A stretch of DNA of 63,913 nucleotides, counting the filler, from an uncultured bacterium (lineage in GTDB: Bacteria > Latescibacterota > UBA2968), in the NCBI GenBank assembly GCA_964471275.1. It is 6 parts of 6 records of this genome, joined end to end, with 100 filler letters (N's around TTAATTAATTAA, not from the genome) between each part and the next. Parts side by side here need not be neighbours in the genome. Positions count along the whole stretch, not along the records: positions 45,218 to 56,110 come from CAYYGZ010000163.1; positions 56,211 to 63,913 come from CAYYGZ010000224.1; 4 more parts are not named here. The stretch is one strand, 5' to 3'. Made by a program: the position numbers and the translations under genes. A model generated the notes under the pieces. It ran no database searches, was not told the origin of the DNA, and worked only from the letters and a program-made list of their open reading frames with translations. Numbering within the stretch: position 1 is the first letter of the stretch; each line of letters starts with the position of its first letter. Shown here one piece after another: positions 49,042 to 57,957 of this stretch.

Positions 49042-50547
49042 TCAGTTTAGCCGCTGGATGATGTGGAACCCGACCGGTGTCTGGATCACCGCGCTCAGGT
49101 CGCCGACTCCCAGCTCAAGGACCGCAGCTTCAAAATCGGGATGCAGGTCCCCCTTCTCAAAGAAACCGAGATTACCGCCCTCGGCAGCCGAACCATCGAT
49201 TGAGTGCTCCCGGGCAAGCACGCCGAAGTCTGCTCCCCCCTTCAGTTGGCTGAGCAGATCTGCCGCCTTTGCGGCCGTACGCACGACGATGTGGCGAACC
49301 TGAACTTTACCTTGCTCGATTGACTCGATGATGCTCAGGTTCTTCTGCACGTCTCGAAGCATCTCAGGATCCTGCGTAAAGGCGACTGCATTCCGATAGG
49401 CCAGCTTGGCATCCGCCCAGTTCTTCGCGACTGAATAGACGTAACCGACATTGTTGTGTATTGTCGCATCCGTGGAATCGACCATCAAAGCAGCGTTGTA
49501 TGCTGCAAGGGCAGAATCCAGGTGCCCGGCCTCGACGTGCAGCATTGCCAGACTCTTATAAGGTTCGGTCCAACTCGGTTCCAACTGGATGCAAACACGA
49601 AACTCTCGCTTGGCCAGCGAGCGATCGCCCTTGCTCCGATAGAGAAACCCGAGCGTGTGTCGCGCCATCGCAGCCCGGGGCTCCGTCGCGACAATCGCTT
49701 CAAACTGCGCGAGCGCATTCTTACCGTCGCCCTGATTCAGATAGAGTTGGCCCAACGCATCTCGCACTTCGAGGTCATCTGAATTGAGACGGACCGACTC
49801 GCTCCAGGCGGCTTGTGCCACAGAAAGGGAGCCGACTTCGGCTGCCATGAATCCAAAGGCTCGATGCACCTGTGAATCCTCGGGCGCGAAATCAAGAGCC
49901 TGCCGGTAGGTCTGGAAGGCTGTCGGCACATCACCCTTCGAGTGCAATACCCCTCCCTTGTTGACAAGGAGCTTGGGGTCACCGGGCACCTGGCCCAGCC
50001 CCCTATCGAGGACCTCCAGAGCGCCGTCGAAGTCCCCACTCGCAGTTCGAAGCATGGCCAGAGAGTGGTAAGCGTCAAGGCGCTTTGGGGACTGGCGAAT
50101 CGCGGCCTCGAAATCGGCAGTGGCTTCAGCGACCATACCGGCATTCCCCCGGATCAGCGCGCGTTCCACGAGCAAGGAGGCGGACTCCGGCATCCGGACA
50201 AGTCCATCGGTCAACGACTGGAGTGCATCGTCGACTCGGCCAATCCGCACGAGCAGCAGGGCAAGATTCCGGTATCCGTCGACCTGCCCGGGATTCAGTT
50301 CCGTAACACGCCTGAATGCGGCGAGGGCATCGTCAAGACGCCCGACCTCAGTGTAGAGGGTTCCAAGATACCCGTGAGCTTCTGCGCTGTCGGGGAAGGC
50401 CACAACATACGACTGGCTCGCTGCCAACGCGGAATCCGTCCTGCCCCTCTTGAAGAGATCTTCTATTTCCGCAGCAAACTCTCGTGCATCCACGTCCACA
50501 CAGAACACGATCAGAAAGGCGAGAGCAGTTATACCAAACGACTTCAT
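49042..50547 (-). CDS. Secreted TPR-repeat protein with C-terminal parvulin (PpiC) peptidyl-prolyl isomerase domain
   Basis: Signal peptide, many TPRs, then VRHIVV, FGVLAREHS.D, GGNLG and TPVGFHII. Confidence 0.9.
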   Translation of the reverse strand: MKSFGITALAFLIVFCVDVDAREFAAEIEDLFKRGRTDSALAASQSYVVAFPDSAEAHGYLGTLYTEVGRLDDALAAFRRVTELNPGQVDGYRNLALLLVRIGRVDDALQSLTDGLVRMPESASLLVERALIRGNAGMVAEATADFEAAIRQSPKRLDAYHSLAMLRTASGDFDGALEVLDRGLGQVPGDPKLLVNKGGVLHSKGDVPTAFQTYRQALDFAPEDSQVHRAFGFMAAEVGSLSVAQAAWSESVRLNSDDLEVRDALGQLYLNQGDGKNALAQFEAIVATEPRAAMARHTLGFLYRSKGDRSLAKREFRVCIQLEPSWTEPYKSLAMLHVEAGHLDSALAAYNAALMVDSTDATIHNNVGYVYSVAKNWADAKLAYRNAVAFTQDPEMLRDVQKNLSIIESIEQGKVQVRHIVVRTAAKAADLLSQLKGGADFGVLAREHSIDGSAAEGGNLGFFEKGDLHPDFEAAVLELGVGDLSAVIQTPVGFHIIQRLN

Positions 50548-50572
50548 AGTATCCTCGATTGAGCGTGGGTCC

Positions 50573-50601
50573 TTGACCCGTCATTTCCTACCGACTATAC
50601 T
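50573..50601 (+). promoter_or_regulatory. Sigma70-like promoter
   Basis: TTGACC-N17-TATACT, 12 nt before ATG 50614. Confidence 0.55.
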
Positions 50602-50613
50602 GGCCGATCGACC

Positions 50614-51228
50614 ATGACCATTCTCACAAAAAACTGGCCTCCCCTGCTGACGATCGTAATCAGCGCCCTGGGTGGCTTCTTCGCGCTACCCTACCTGCCG
50701 GAACGCATTCCCGTCCATTGGGGCTTCTATGGCAACATCTCAAGCTACACAAGTAAGGGGGTCGGCGTCTACCTCAATCCAGCCGGAATGGCCTTTGCCT
50801 ACCTCTTCTTCTTCCTGATTCCCTACACCGACAAACGTCGTGTCCTAGAACTGCGCGAACTCGGTGTGTATGAGCCGATCAGGAACACGGCCATCTACGC
50901 ATTCGGGTTCGCCCAGCTTCTGGTCATCGGTATAGGACTCGACATCATCAACCCATCGGCAAACTACCTGGCAGGTCTTGTCTGTCTGCTGGTCATATTC
51001 GGTGCCGGAACAACCCGGTCTGAGCAGTTCGGACCGATCCGTGAAAGCCTGCCCATCCTGAATCGTTTCGCGGTGGGATTCCCGACCCATGTTGCCAGAC
51101 GAATGCAGATCGCTGCCGGCATCGGCGTCCTCGGAGCGCTCTTCGGAACATACCAGATCCTGTGGTTCATCATCCCTGCCGCCCTCGTGATTCTTGTGGA
51201 AGTTTGGCAGAAACGGTCATCAACGTGA
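50614..51228 (+). CDS. DUF1648 / SdpI-like membrane protein
   Basis: LPERIPVHWG motif and several TM helices. Confidence 0.78.
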   Translation: MTILTKNWPPLLTIVISALGGFFALPYLPERIPVHWGFYGNISSYTSKGVGVYLNPAGMAFAYLFFFLIPYTDKRRVLELRELGVYEPIRNTAIYAFGFAQLLVIGIGLDIINPSANYLAGLVCLLVIFGAGTTRSEQFGPIRESLPILNRFAVGFPTHVARRMQIAAGIGVLGALFGTYQILWFIIPAALVILVEVWQKRSST

Positions 51229-52118
51229 TCCAGAACGATCGCCTCACCAGATCCGCTGCAGCTTTGACGGTCCTCACGGCCGTGCTCTGGGGGGGCAACT
51301 CCGTCGCGATCAAGATGGCGCTTGCAGGCGTATCCCCACTCTTCCTGGCTGGCCTGCGCTTCCTGCTGGGCGGGCTGTTTGTGACCGCTTGGGCCGTGAT
51401 CACACGCGCGTCGATAAAACTGGCTCCTGGCCAGTTCGCGAGGATGCTGCGACTGATCATCCTCTTCGTCAGCCAGATCTACCTTCTGAACGCGGGCACT
51501 CACTACTCCCTTGCGGGACGATCGACCGTATTGATATCGGCCTACCCATTCTTCACGGCGCTCTTCGCTCACCGATACATCGAGGGAGATCGGACTACTC
51601 GTTCCCAGTTTATCGGGATGTCACTCTCGTTCTCAGCCATCGTGATCGTATTTTCCGAGAGTTTCGCGATGGGTCGGCTGGAGTATCTGTTCGGAGATGG
51701 CCTCGTCCTGGCCAGCGCCTGTCTCCTGGGAGCGCGGCAGGTCTATACCAAGCGGCTGGCGCAAGACATTCCGCCCACAAAGCTGCTCGTGTGGCAAGCA
51801 TTCACAAGCCTGCCGATCTTCTTCGGTACCAGCCTGCTGTTTGAAGCTGAGCCCAGGATGATACTGTCTGTCGACGTTGTCTCGGGCGTACTCTACCAGG
51901 GGATCGTGGTCGCCGGATTCTGTTTCCTGATCTTTCTCGGCCTGTTGAAGAAGTACAAGGCCAGCCGAATCGGTGTTTTCGGGTTCATAACACCTCTCTT
52001 CGGCGTCATCCTCAGCGGATTGTTGCTCAAGGAGCCCGTGTCGCCGGCCCTGATCGGGAGCGTCCTGCTCGTGGGAATCGGTATCGTGATCGCAAACAGG
52101 GAGATCACCCGACCGTAG
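51225..52118 (+). CDS. DMT (EamA) family transporter
   Basis: About 10 TM helices; LWGGN..AIK, LAGLRF and ITPLFGVILS motifs; GTGA overlap. Confidence 0.9.
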   Translation: MIQNDRLTRSAAALTVLTAVLWGGNSVAIKMALAGVSPLFLAGLRFLLGGLFVTAWAVITRASIKLAPGQFARMLRLIILFVSQIYLLNAGTHYSLAGRSTVLISAYPFFTALFAHRYIEGDRTTRSQFIGMSLSFSAIVIVFSESFAMGRLEYLFGDGLVLASACLLGARQVYTKRLAQDIPPTKLLVWQAFTSLPIFFGTSLLFEAEPRMILSVDVVSGVLYQGIVVAGFCFLIFLGLLKKYKASRIGVFGFITPLFGVILSGLLLKEPVSPALIGSVLLVGIGIVIANREITRP

Positions 52119-52128
52119 GCGCGGGTTG

Positions 52129-53475
52129 CTACTCCCGCTCCCCGACAAGCACCATCGCGACGTCAGCCACATTCGTCCCGGTCGGCCCGGTCATCACAAG
52201 GTCATTCAGCGGCTTGAAGAAGTGATACGCGTCATTGTTCTTGAGGTGAAAGATCGCCGACAGGTCTCGGGCTTCAGCACGCGAGATCGTCTCACCATCC
52301 GCAACAGCACCTGCAGCATCGGTAGGCCCGTCGGTTCCGTCAGTTCCCCCGCTAAAGAAGACAGCGGGTCCCCAGCCCTTGAGAAGCATTGCCGCTGACA
52401 GCGCCATCTCCTGATTCCTGCCTCCCTTGCCCGTCCCCCGGACGGTCACCGTCGTCTCCCCACCTGCGATCACACACGCCGGTGCGCTTACGGGTTCGCC
52501 CACACTCAGAATCTCTTTGGCCACAGCAGCGTGAACGTGTGCGATCTCCCGGGCCTCACCCTCCAGTCGGGTCGTAAGCCTGAGTGTGTTGTAACCGAGC
52601 GCCTTCGCCTTTGCTTCAGCCGCCGTGACGGCAAGACCATTGCTCCCAACGACAAGGTTCTGTACCCGTGAGAGCGCTTCGTCTCCGGGCTTCGGCGTAT
52701 CCAGAACATCGCCAGCAAGCCCCGCTTTCATCCGTGCCTGCACAGACTCAGGCAATTGCGCAAAGATCTCATACTTTTCGAAGATCTCCTGACACGTCTT
52801 GTAGGTCGATGGATCCGGTACCGTTGGCCCCGATGCGATCACATCCATTGGATCCCCGATCACGTCCGACAACATCAGCGCAACGACTGAAGCCGGGAAG
52901 GCGGCACGCGCCAGTCCGCCACCCTTGACCTTGGACAGATGTTTTCGGACAGCATTCAGTTCAACGATATTGGCCCCGCACTCGAGCAGAAGTCGAGTCG
53001 TTTCCTGCTTGTCGATGAGCGAACACTCATCGACCGGTGCCGGCAGAATCGCTGACCCGCCCCCCGACAGGAGACAGATCACCAACGAACGTTCATCCAC
53101 GGAATCCAGGATCTCCAGGATTCTGTTCGTGCCATCGACTCCGGCCTGATCGGGTACGGGATGGCCGCATTCAATGACCTCGACGTTGCCAAGACCTTCT
53201 GCGTGTTCATACTTGGTGTTTATGGCCCCCCCCGTCAGATCGCCACCCAACAGCTCGACAAGTGGGACGGCCATCCGTGGGCTGGCTTTGCCCGCACCGA
53301 TCAGGTAGACAGACGCATAACCGGACAGATCGTAACTCTGCCCGTCAATAAGCAGATGATCACCATCACGAGACACAAACGACCGGACGCACTGCTCGGC
53401 GTCAACCGCCGTCACGGCTGCCCGGAAGATCTCGTTCGCGTGAGAGCGCATCGTCTTCACATCGGTAATCTTCAT
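52129..53475 (-). CDS. Glycerate 2-kinase (MOFRL family)
   Basis: GAGKAS, GHPVPD, LSGGGS, SDVIGD..IASGP, GGETTV, GGRNQE, GTDGTDG and TGTNVAD motifs. Confidence 0.92.
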   Translation of the reverse strand: MKITDVKTMRSHANEIFRAAVTAVDAEQCVRSFVSRDGDHLLIDGQSYDLSGYASVYLIGAGKASPRMAVPLVELLGGDLTGGAINTKYEHAEGLGNVEVIECGHPVPDQAGVDGTNRILEILDSVDERSLVICLLSGGGSAILPAPVDECSLIDKQETTRLLLECGANIVELNAVRKHLSKVKGGGLARAAFPASVVALMLSDVIGDPMDVIASGPTVPDPSTYKTCQEIFEKYEIFAQLPESVQARMKAGLAGDVLDTPKPGDEALSRVQNLVVGSNGLAVTAAEAKAKALGYNTLRLTTRLEGEAREIAHVHAAVAKEILSVGEPVSAPACVIAGGETTVTVRGTGKGGRNQEMALSAAMLLKGWGPAVFFSGGTDGTDGPTDAAGAVADGETISRAEARDLSAIFHLKNNDAYHFFKPLNDLVMTGPTGTNVADVAMVLVGERE

Positions 53476-54182
53476 GCCGATCGTACCCTTTCAAAGAGGT
53501 GAACCGCCTGCTCCTGCTCGTCGGTCTCAATTGATTGGGGCCGCCTGTCCCTTACCTCGCGAATGGCCTCGCCCGCTGCTGCGCCGCAATGCACGAGATA
53601 AATGGCCAGAAACGTGCCGGTCCTCCCGATTCCGGAAAAACAATGGACGGCAACCGGAAGTCCTTCAGCCAGCCAGTCATCGACGTGGTTGACAAAGGTC
53701 TCGAGTTGATCAGGCAGCGGCGCCCGTGTGTCTTCGACAGGTAGATGAAGAGCGGATACTTCTACGCTCGCAAGGCAATCGGGCTCGACAGGTCTCTCAG
53801 TCAAGGTTACCAGGTTACGGATCCCCTGCTGTTTGGCATACGCCAAGTCGTCAAGCACGGCCTGCTCATTCCGAATGAAGTGGTCCACCGATTCCCCACC
53901 CTCACCAAATCCCTCTTGCACCCCCGTAAGAATGCCCCAGACATCCCGAAACTTTCGATGCGTTTCGAGTACACGCTGTTTGGCCAGCCGCGGATCCGTC
54001 CCGACAAGACCGAGCCGTTCCGGCATTTCGGATCTACTCGCTCGCAGAGAGCGCGATGTATTCAGCCACGTCAAGAAACGGTGCTCGTGCGGCAGCATTT
54101 CCGGCGCGTGTTCGAGACCGGATCCAGGTCTGCCCATACCGGCGAGATGGCCAGTGACCAACAACGAGAAGTTGAACGACAA
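53472..54182 (-). CDS. Dual-specificity/tyrosine protein phosphatase family protein
   Basis: LAGMGRPG, LVTLTE, catalytic VHCFSGIGRTG and SIET.EQ; probable TTG start at 54182. Confidence 0.85.
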   Translation of the reverse strand: MSFNFSLLVTGHLAGMGRPGSGLEHAPEMLPHEHRFLTWLNTSRSLRASRSEMPERLGLVGTDPRLAKQRVLETHRKFRDVWGILTGVQEGFGEGGESVDHFIRNEQAVLDDLAYAKQQGIRNLVTLTERPVEPDCLASVEVSALHLPVEDTRAPLPDQLETFVNHVDDWLAEGLPVAVHCFSGIGRTGTFLAIYLVHCGAAAGEAIREVRDRRPQSIETDEQEQAVHLFERVRSA

Positions 54183-54264
54183 AGTCCGGGTTCCTTGAAA
54201 GATAGATGACCAAACACAGAAAACGAAGATAAACAAACGTCGCAGAGGGCACAACGAAAGGGGG

Positions 54265-55209
54265 CTATCGGAGCTCGAGGGCCATACCCGGAATCGATTC
54301 CGCCAGCGGAGTATATGAGTCAATCCAGGACGTAGTGCGCGACAGGACATCCTCGTCCCGGGTCGTCTCTCTGATGGCTGCCCAGAGTGACAGCCCTCTC
54401 AGTAGGGCCAGGTCGAGATAGTCGGCCATCTGGTCCCAAGCTCCGGGTCGTAACCACCCCGACTGCTGGTATCCATCCAGAAACGCACGCATCTCTGGCA
54501 GTCCGGGCGGATCGGGGTGTATCACGGCCCGAAAGAAGATCAGGCTGTAGCAGATGTCCAACGGCTTCGAGCCGTAAGCAGCATCGTCCCAATCCAGCAC
54601 ACAGCTGACCGTGTCACCCCGGAACAGGAGATTCTGCGCCCGGTAATCACCGTGGAGGAGAACGGCGTCATCCCTGCACCAGTCGACGTGGGCGAGTCGG
54701 TCTACGAGCAAGCCGAAAACGGTCGAGGATGTCCCGGGCCTGTGGGATGCGACGACATCGATCGGCACCGATGGAGGAAGCGCGAGTGATGCTGAATCGA
54801 TCGCGTGGATGGTGGCAAGAGCTGCGCCTGATGACCGGATCTGTTCGAGGTTGGACGGCTTGTGCGGTTCACCGACGGCTTCAGGATACAGAATCAGTAG
54901 ACACCGGCCGACGTCCGCGCAGAAGCGACCGTCCGCGGCAGCAACAGGCAAGGCGACCGGAAGGCGTTGGGCAACAGCAGACTGTGTCTCGATCGATCGT
55001 GCAACGTCTTCTTCACCGTATTCACGGGGGTCCAGAACCTTGAGAACATATCTGTCAGCTTCCGATCTCACACGGAGGGTTGTACTGTTATATCCGAAGC
55101 GGGGTTCCTCTCGCATCTCGAGCCGCAGGCCATACACGTCGGTAGCGCGCCCAACGATCTCCTCGACCGGCAGCGCGAGCTTGGACTCGTATCCGCCAGA
55201 TAGGATCAA
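54265..55209 (-). CDS. APH-family phosphotransferase (homoserine kinase type II-like)
   Basis: YVLK, LATIH, LHGDYRAQNLLF and LDWDD motifs. Confidence 0.85.
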   Translation of the reverse strand: MILSGGYESKLALPVEEIVGRATDVYGLRLEMREEPRFGYNSTTLRVRSEADRYVLKVLDPREYGEEDVARSIETQSAVAQRLPVALPVAAADGRFCADVGRCLLILYPEAVGEPHKPSNLEQIRSSGAALATIHAIDSASLALPPSVPIDVVASHRPGTSSTVFGLLVDRLAHVDWCRDDAVLLHGDYRAQNLLFRGDTVSCVLDWDDAAYGSKPLDICYSLIFFRAVIHPDPPGLPEMRAFLDGYQQSGWLRPGAWDQMADYLDLALLRGLSLWAAIRETTRDEDVLSRTTSWIDSYTPLAESIPGMALELR

Positions 55210-56105
55210 GACTCAGCCTCGAGATTGGCACGAAGGAATGATAGAAACATCTCTGCGGAAGGCGATAGATGGCCCCCCGTTCGACGTACAATCCCAACCT
55301 GCCGCTCAGGAATACCTTGAACATGCAACTGTGTTAGGCTCCCGGCCTTCAGTTCCATCTGTACAGCGGCTTCGGGTACGATCGCGATCCCAAGGTCGAT
55401 TTCGACATACTTCTTGATCACCTCGATACTCCCGAGTTCCATGGCGATTCTCGGGTGCATCCCTGCTTCCAGAAAGACCCGGTCCATCAGGCTACGACTG
55501 GTACTCCCCTCCTCCAGAGCCAACAGGGGATCGTCGGACAGGTGGGAAAGCGTCAGCCGGCGTCTGGACGCCAGGGGATGGTCCGGACACGCGATCACCA
55601 CATCCCTGCGCTTGAAGAGAAGCTCCGAATCCAAACGTGAGTCGCTGAGCGGTAGGGTGGCAATGCCAAAATCAACGGCTCCGCCCACAACGAGGCGAGC
55701 GACTTCCGGTGACATCCGATCCGTCAACTGGATCTCCACACCCGGGTAGGTTGACCGGAAGATCTCGACAACCGGCGGCAACACATAGGCACAGTTCGTG
55801 TCACTGGTCCCTATCGAAAGCCGACCGCTTCGCAGTTCGCTCAGACCCGACATATCGTTCCGGATCACATCGACGATCGAAAAGATCTGCTCAGCCTGGT
55901 TGTAGAGCAGCCTGCCTGCCTCAGTGAGCGACACGCGTTTGCCGTGACGTTCAAATAGCTTCTGCCCGAACTCGTTCTCCAATGCCTTGATCTGCAGGCT
56001 TACGGCCGGCTGCGTCCGAAAGAGCTTCTCTGCCGCACGCGTGAAGCTCTTTTCCCTCGCCGTTTCCAGAAAGCCCCTAAGTTGGTCGAACTCCATAATT
56101 TCCAC
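55206..56105 (-). CDS. LysR family transcriptional regulator
   Basis: SFTRAAEKLFRTQPAVSLQIKALE HTH plus a substrate-binding domain. Confidence 0.95.
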   Translation of the reverse strand: MEIMEFDQLRGFLETAREKSFTRAAEKLFRTQPAVSLQIKALENEFGQKLFERHGKRVSLTEAGRLLYNQAEQIFSIVDVIRNDMSGLSELRSGRLSIGTSDTNCAYVLPPVVEIFRSTYPGVEIQLTDRMSPEVARLVVGGAVDFGIATLPLSDSRLDSELLFKRRDVVIACPDHPLASRRRLTLSHLSDDPLLALEEGSTSRSLMDRVFLEAGMHPRIAMELGSIEVIKKYVEIDLGIAIVPEAAVQMELKAGSLTQLHVQGIPERQVGIVRRTGGHLSPSAEMFLSFLRANLEAES

Positions 56106-56110
56106 CTATC

Positions 56111-56210
56111 NNNNNNNNNNNNNNNNNNNNNNNNNNNNNNNNNNNNNNNNNNNNTTAATTAATTAANNNNNNNNNNNNNNNNNNNNNNNNNNNNNNNNNN
56201 NNNNNNNNNN
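56111..56210. other. Artificial contig linker
   Basis: N44-TTAATTAATTAA-N44. Confidence 0.99.
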
Positions 56211-56307
56211 GGTCTCCAGCCTGTTCGATCATGGCAGCAACCTGCTCCACGGCATCGTATGAACTTGGTATACTGATCTGGAGTTCGTCGATATCCGGGT
56301 TTGTCAC
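56211..56307 (-). CDS. Possible N-terminus of an RsbW-like anti-sigma factor (partial)
   Basis: GTG 56307 gives MTNPDIDELQISIPSSYDAVEQVAAMIEQAG, resembling the LxIPS start of HATPase_c_2 proteins. Confidence 0.45.
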
Positions 56308-56340
56308 GTCCGTTGTTTCCCCAAATGGATCATGGGCCCA

Positions 56341-56514
56341 TCAGCCTGCGGAGAAAAATCGGCTTTTGCTCCCGTTGGATGACATACCAATACGAACAGG
56401 ACTCAGACAGCGAGGACAGCTTGCCGTGAACGCATTCTTTCTGAGGTTGAGGTATGCGCGACCATAAACGTTGCAACACTTGAAGAGTACGCCTATGAAA
56501 GGACGCTTACCCAT
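56341..56514 (-). CDS. Small Cys-rich (putative zinc-binding) protein
   Basis: RPFIGVLFKCCNVYGRAY...CPRC...RFF. Confidence 0.7.
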   Translation of the reverse strand: MGKRPFIGVLFKCCNVYGRAYLNLRKNAFTASCPRCLSPVRIGMSSNGSKSRFFSAG

Positions 56515-56605
56515 CGTGCGTAACCCCATAAGAATATATGGTTTGGCTCACTGAATATACTCTAGTTCGGCTGTTTCTGTCAAGAAGTTGGAACTCCCGC
56601 GCCGC

Positions 56606-56634
56606 TTGACTTGCCTCCCCCTTCAAGATATAAT
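56606..56634 (+). promoter_or_regulatory. Sigma70-like promoter
   Basis: TTGACT-N17-TATAAT upstream of the gene at 56692. Confidence 0.7.
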
Positions 56635-56691
56635 CCGTAAGCCTCGTCTGGCTCAAGTCCAGGAACAGTCGGTATCCGATTCCCGGAAGAT

Positions 56692-57957
56692 ATGCCCCAA
56701 ACCACAATACAGACAATGCTTGGTCTCCTTGGGCTGGCGGTTCTCTGCCTGCTCGTTTCAGCCATGCGTCGACGTCACACGCTCCCGGCGATTCTCGAGA
56801 GCCTCAGAATCGGACGCTGGCACTATCTGTTGGTCGGGTGTGGCACGGCCTATTTTCTGACCGCATCCGGTCACCCACTCCACCGAACAGGAAGCCTGCA
56901 GCGAAGCCTTCTCGCCATCGCACTCACCTGGGTCGGGTTCCGCGCAGGTCTCGACTTCGACTTCCGACAGCTCAGACTCCAGCACCGAGCATTGATCGGC
57001 GCGGAACTGCTTCGTCTATCGGTAACCTTCGTTCTCGTATTCGGTCTGGGCGTCGCTCTTCTCGGGGCCGCGGGTGAAAGCCTGTCTATCCAGAGTGGGG
57101 TCCAGGTCGTCGCTCTCAGCGCCGCAGCCATCGCTGTCAGCGCCCGACTCAGCGGGTTCTTCTCTACACTCACCGGTCGACCGACATCACCGAAGATCGG
57201 TCCAGCGGCGTTTGCGGCAAACCCGCTCGCCATCTGCTTTCTGGGTCTCCTCTTTCCCTCCTTCGCTGTAGACGAAATCCGCTACCTGGGGCCCTTCTTG
57301 ATCGTGGGCTACGCGCCGACACTCGCCGTGCTTCTATCCCTCGGGCTTCTGATCGGAATCACGGTCGATTTCGTGCTCAGAGCACATAGAGACGGGTTCC
57401 GCTGCACAATCCTTGCCATGGCTGCTTGTGCAGCCTTCGCAGGTCCCTCACTCCAGCTGGATCTGCCTTCGATCTTCATTGGTTTCGTGGGGGGCGTGTG
57501 GGTCATCAACACCACGGTCCGGAAGCGTGAATTCACTGAGCGAGCAGAGTTCGCCTCCAACCTTGTCGAACCTCTAATGATGGGACTGTTCGGCGTGCTG
57601 CTGATGCAGGGCCAGTTCGAGAGTCCGTCAGATCCCGGAATCATCTGCCTCGTAGCTTTCGTCCTCGTGCTCATCAGAGGCCTGAGTCGAACGTTGGGAG
57701 ACGTGACGGGTAGCTTCTTATTGAAACGTTCCACGAAGATCCGGCCATTCAGTGAATTCGGTTGGTTGCCCATGGGCCGTAACTCCACGGCAATCATCTT
57801 TCAGGCCGCAGTGTTGCCCGTAACCTTCGAAGATACGGGTGTCCTGGCCGGGCTACTGCTTGCCGTGGCCTTCAGCCAGGCAATCGTCCTACCAGTAAGG
57901 ACAGACACCCGTCATTCTGCTCGCGTAGCCAACTCCAATGGGGAGAAGGCAGCGTGA
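56692..57957 (+). CDS. Multi-pass membrane protein, divergent cation:proton antiporter-like
   Basis: About 12 TM helices; YLLVG, IALTWVGFRAGLDFD and GWLPMG motifs. Confidence 0.65.
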   Translation: MPQTTIQTMLGLLGLAVLCLLVSAMRRRHTLPAILESLRIGRWHYLLVGCGTAYFLTASGHPLHRTGSLQRSLLAIALTWVGFRAGLDFDFRQLRLQHRALIGAELLRLSVTFVLVFGLGVALLGAAGESLSIQSGVQVVALSAAAIAVSARLSGFFSTLTGRPTSPKIGPAAFAANPLAICFLGLLFPSFAVDEIRYLGPFLIVGYAPTLAVLLSLGLLIGITVDFVLRAHRDGFRCTILAMAACAAFAGPSLQLDLPSIFIGFVGGVWVINTTVRKREFTERAEFASNLVEPLMMGLFGVLLMQGQFESPSDPGIICLVAFVLVLIRGLSRTLGDVTGSFLLKRSTKIRPFSEFGWLPMGRNSTAIIFQAAVLPVTFEDTGVLAGLLLAVAFSQAIVLPVRTDTRHSARVANSNGEKAA

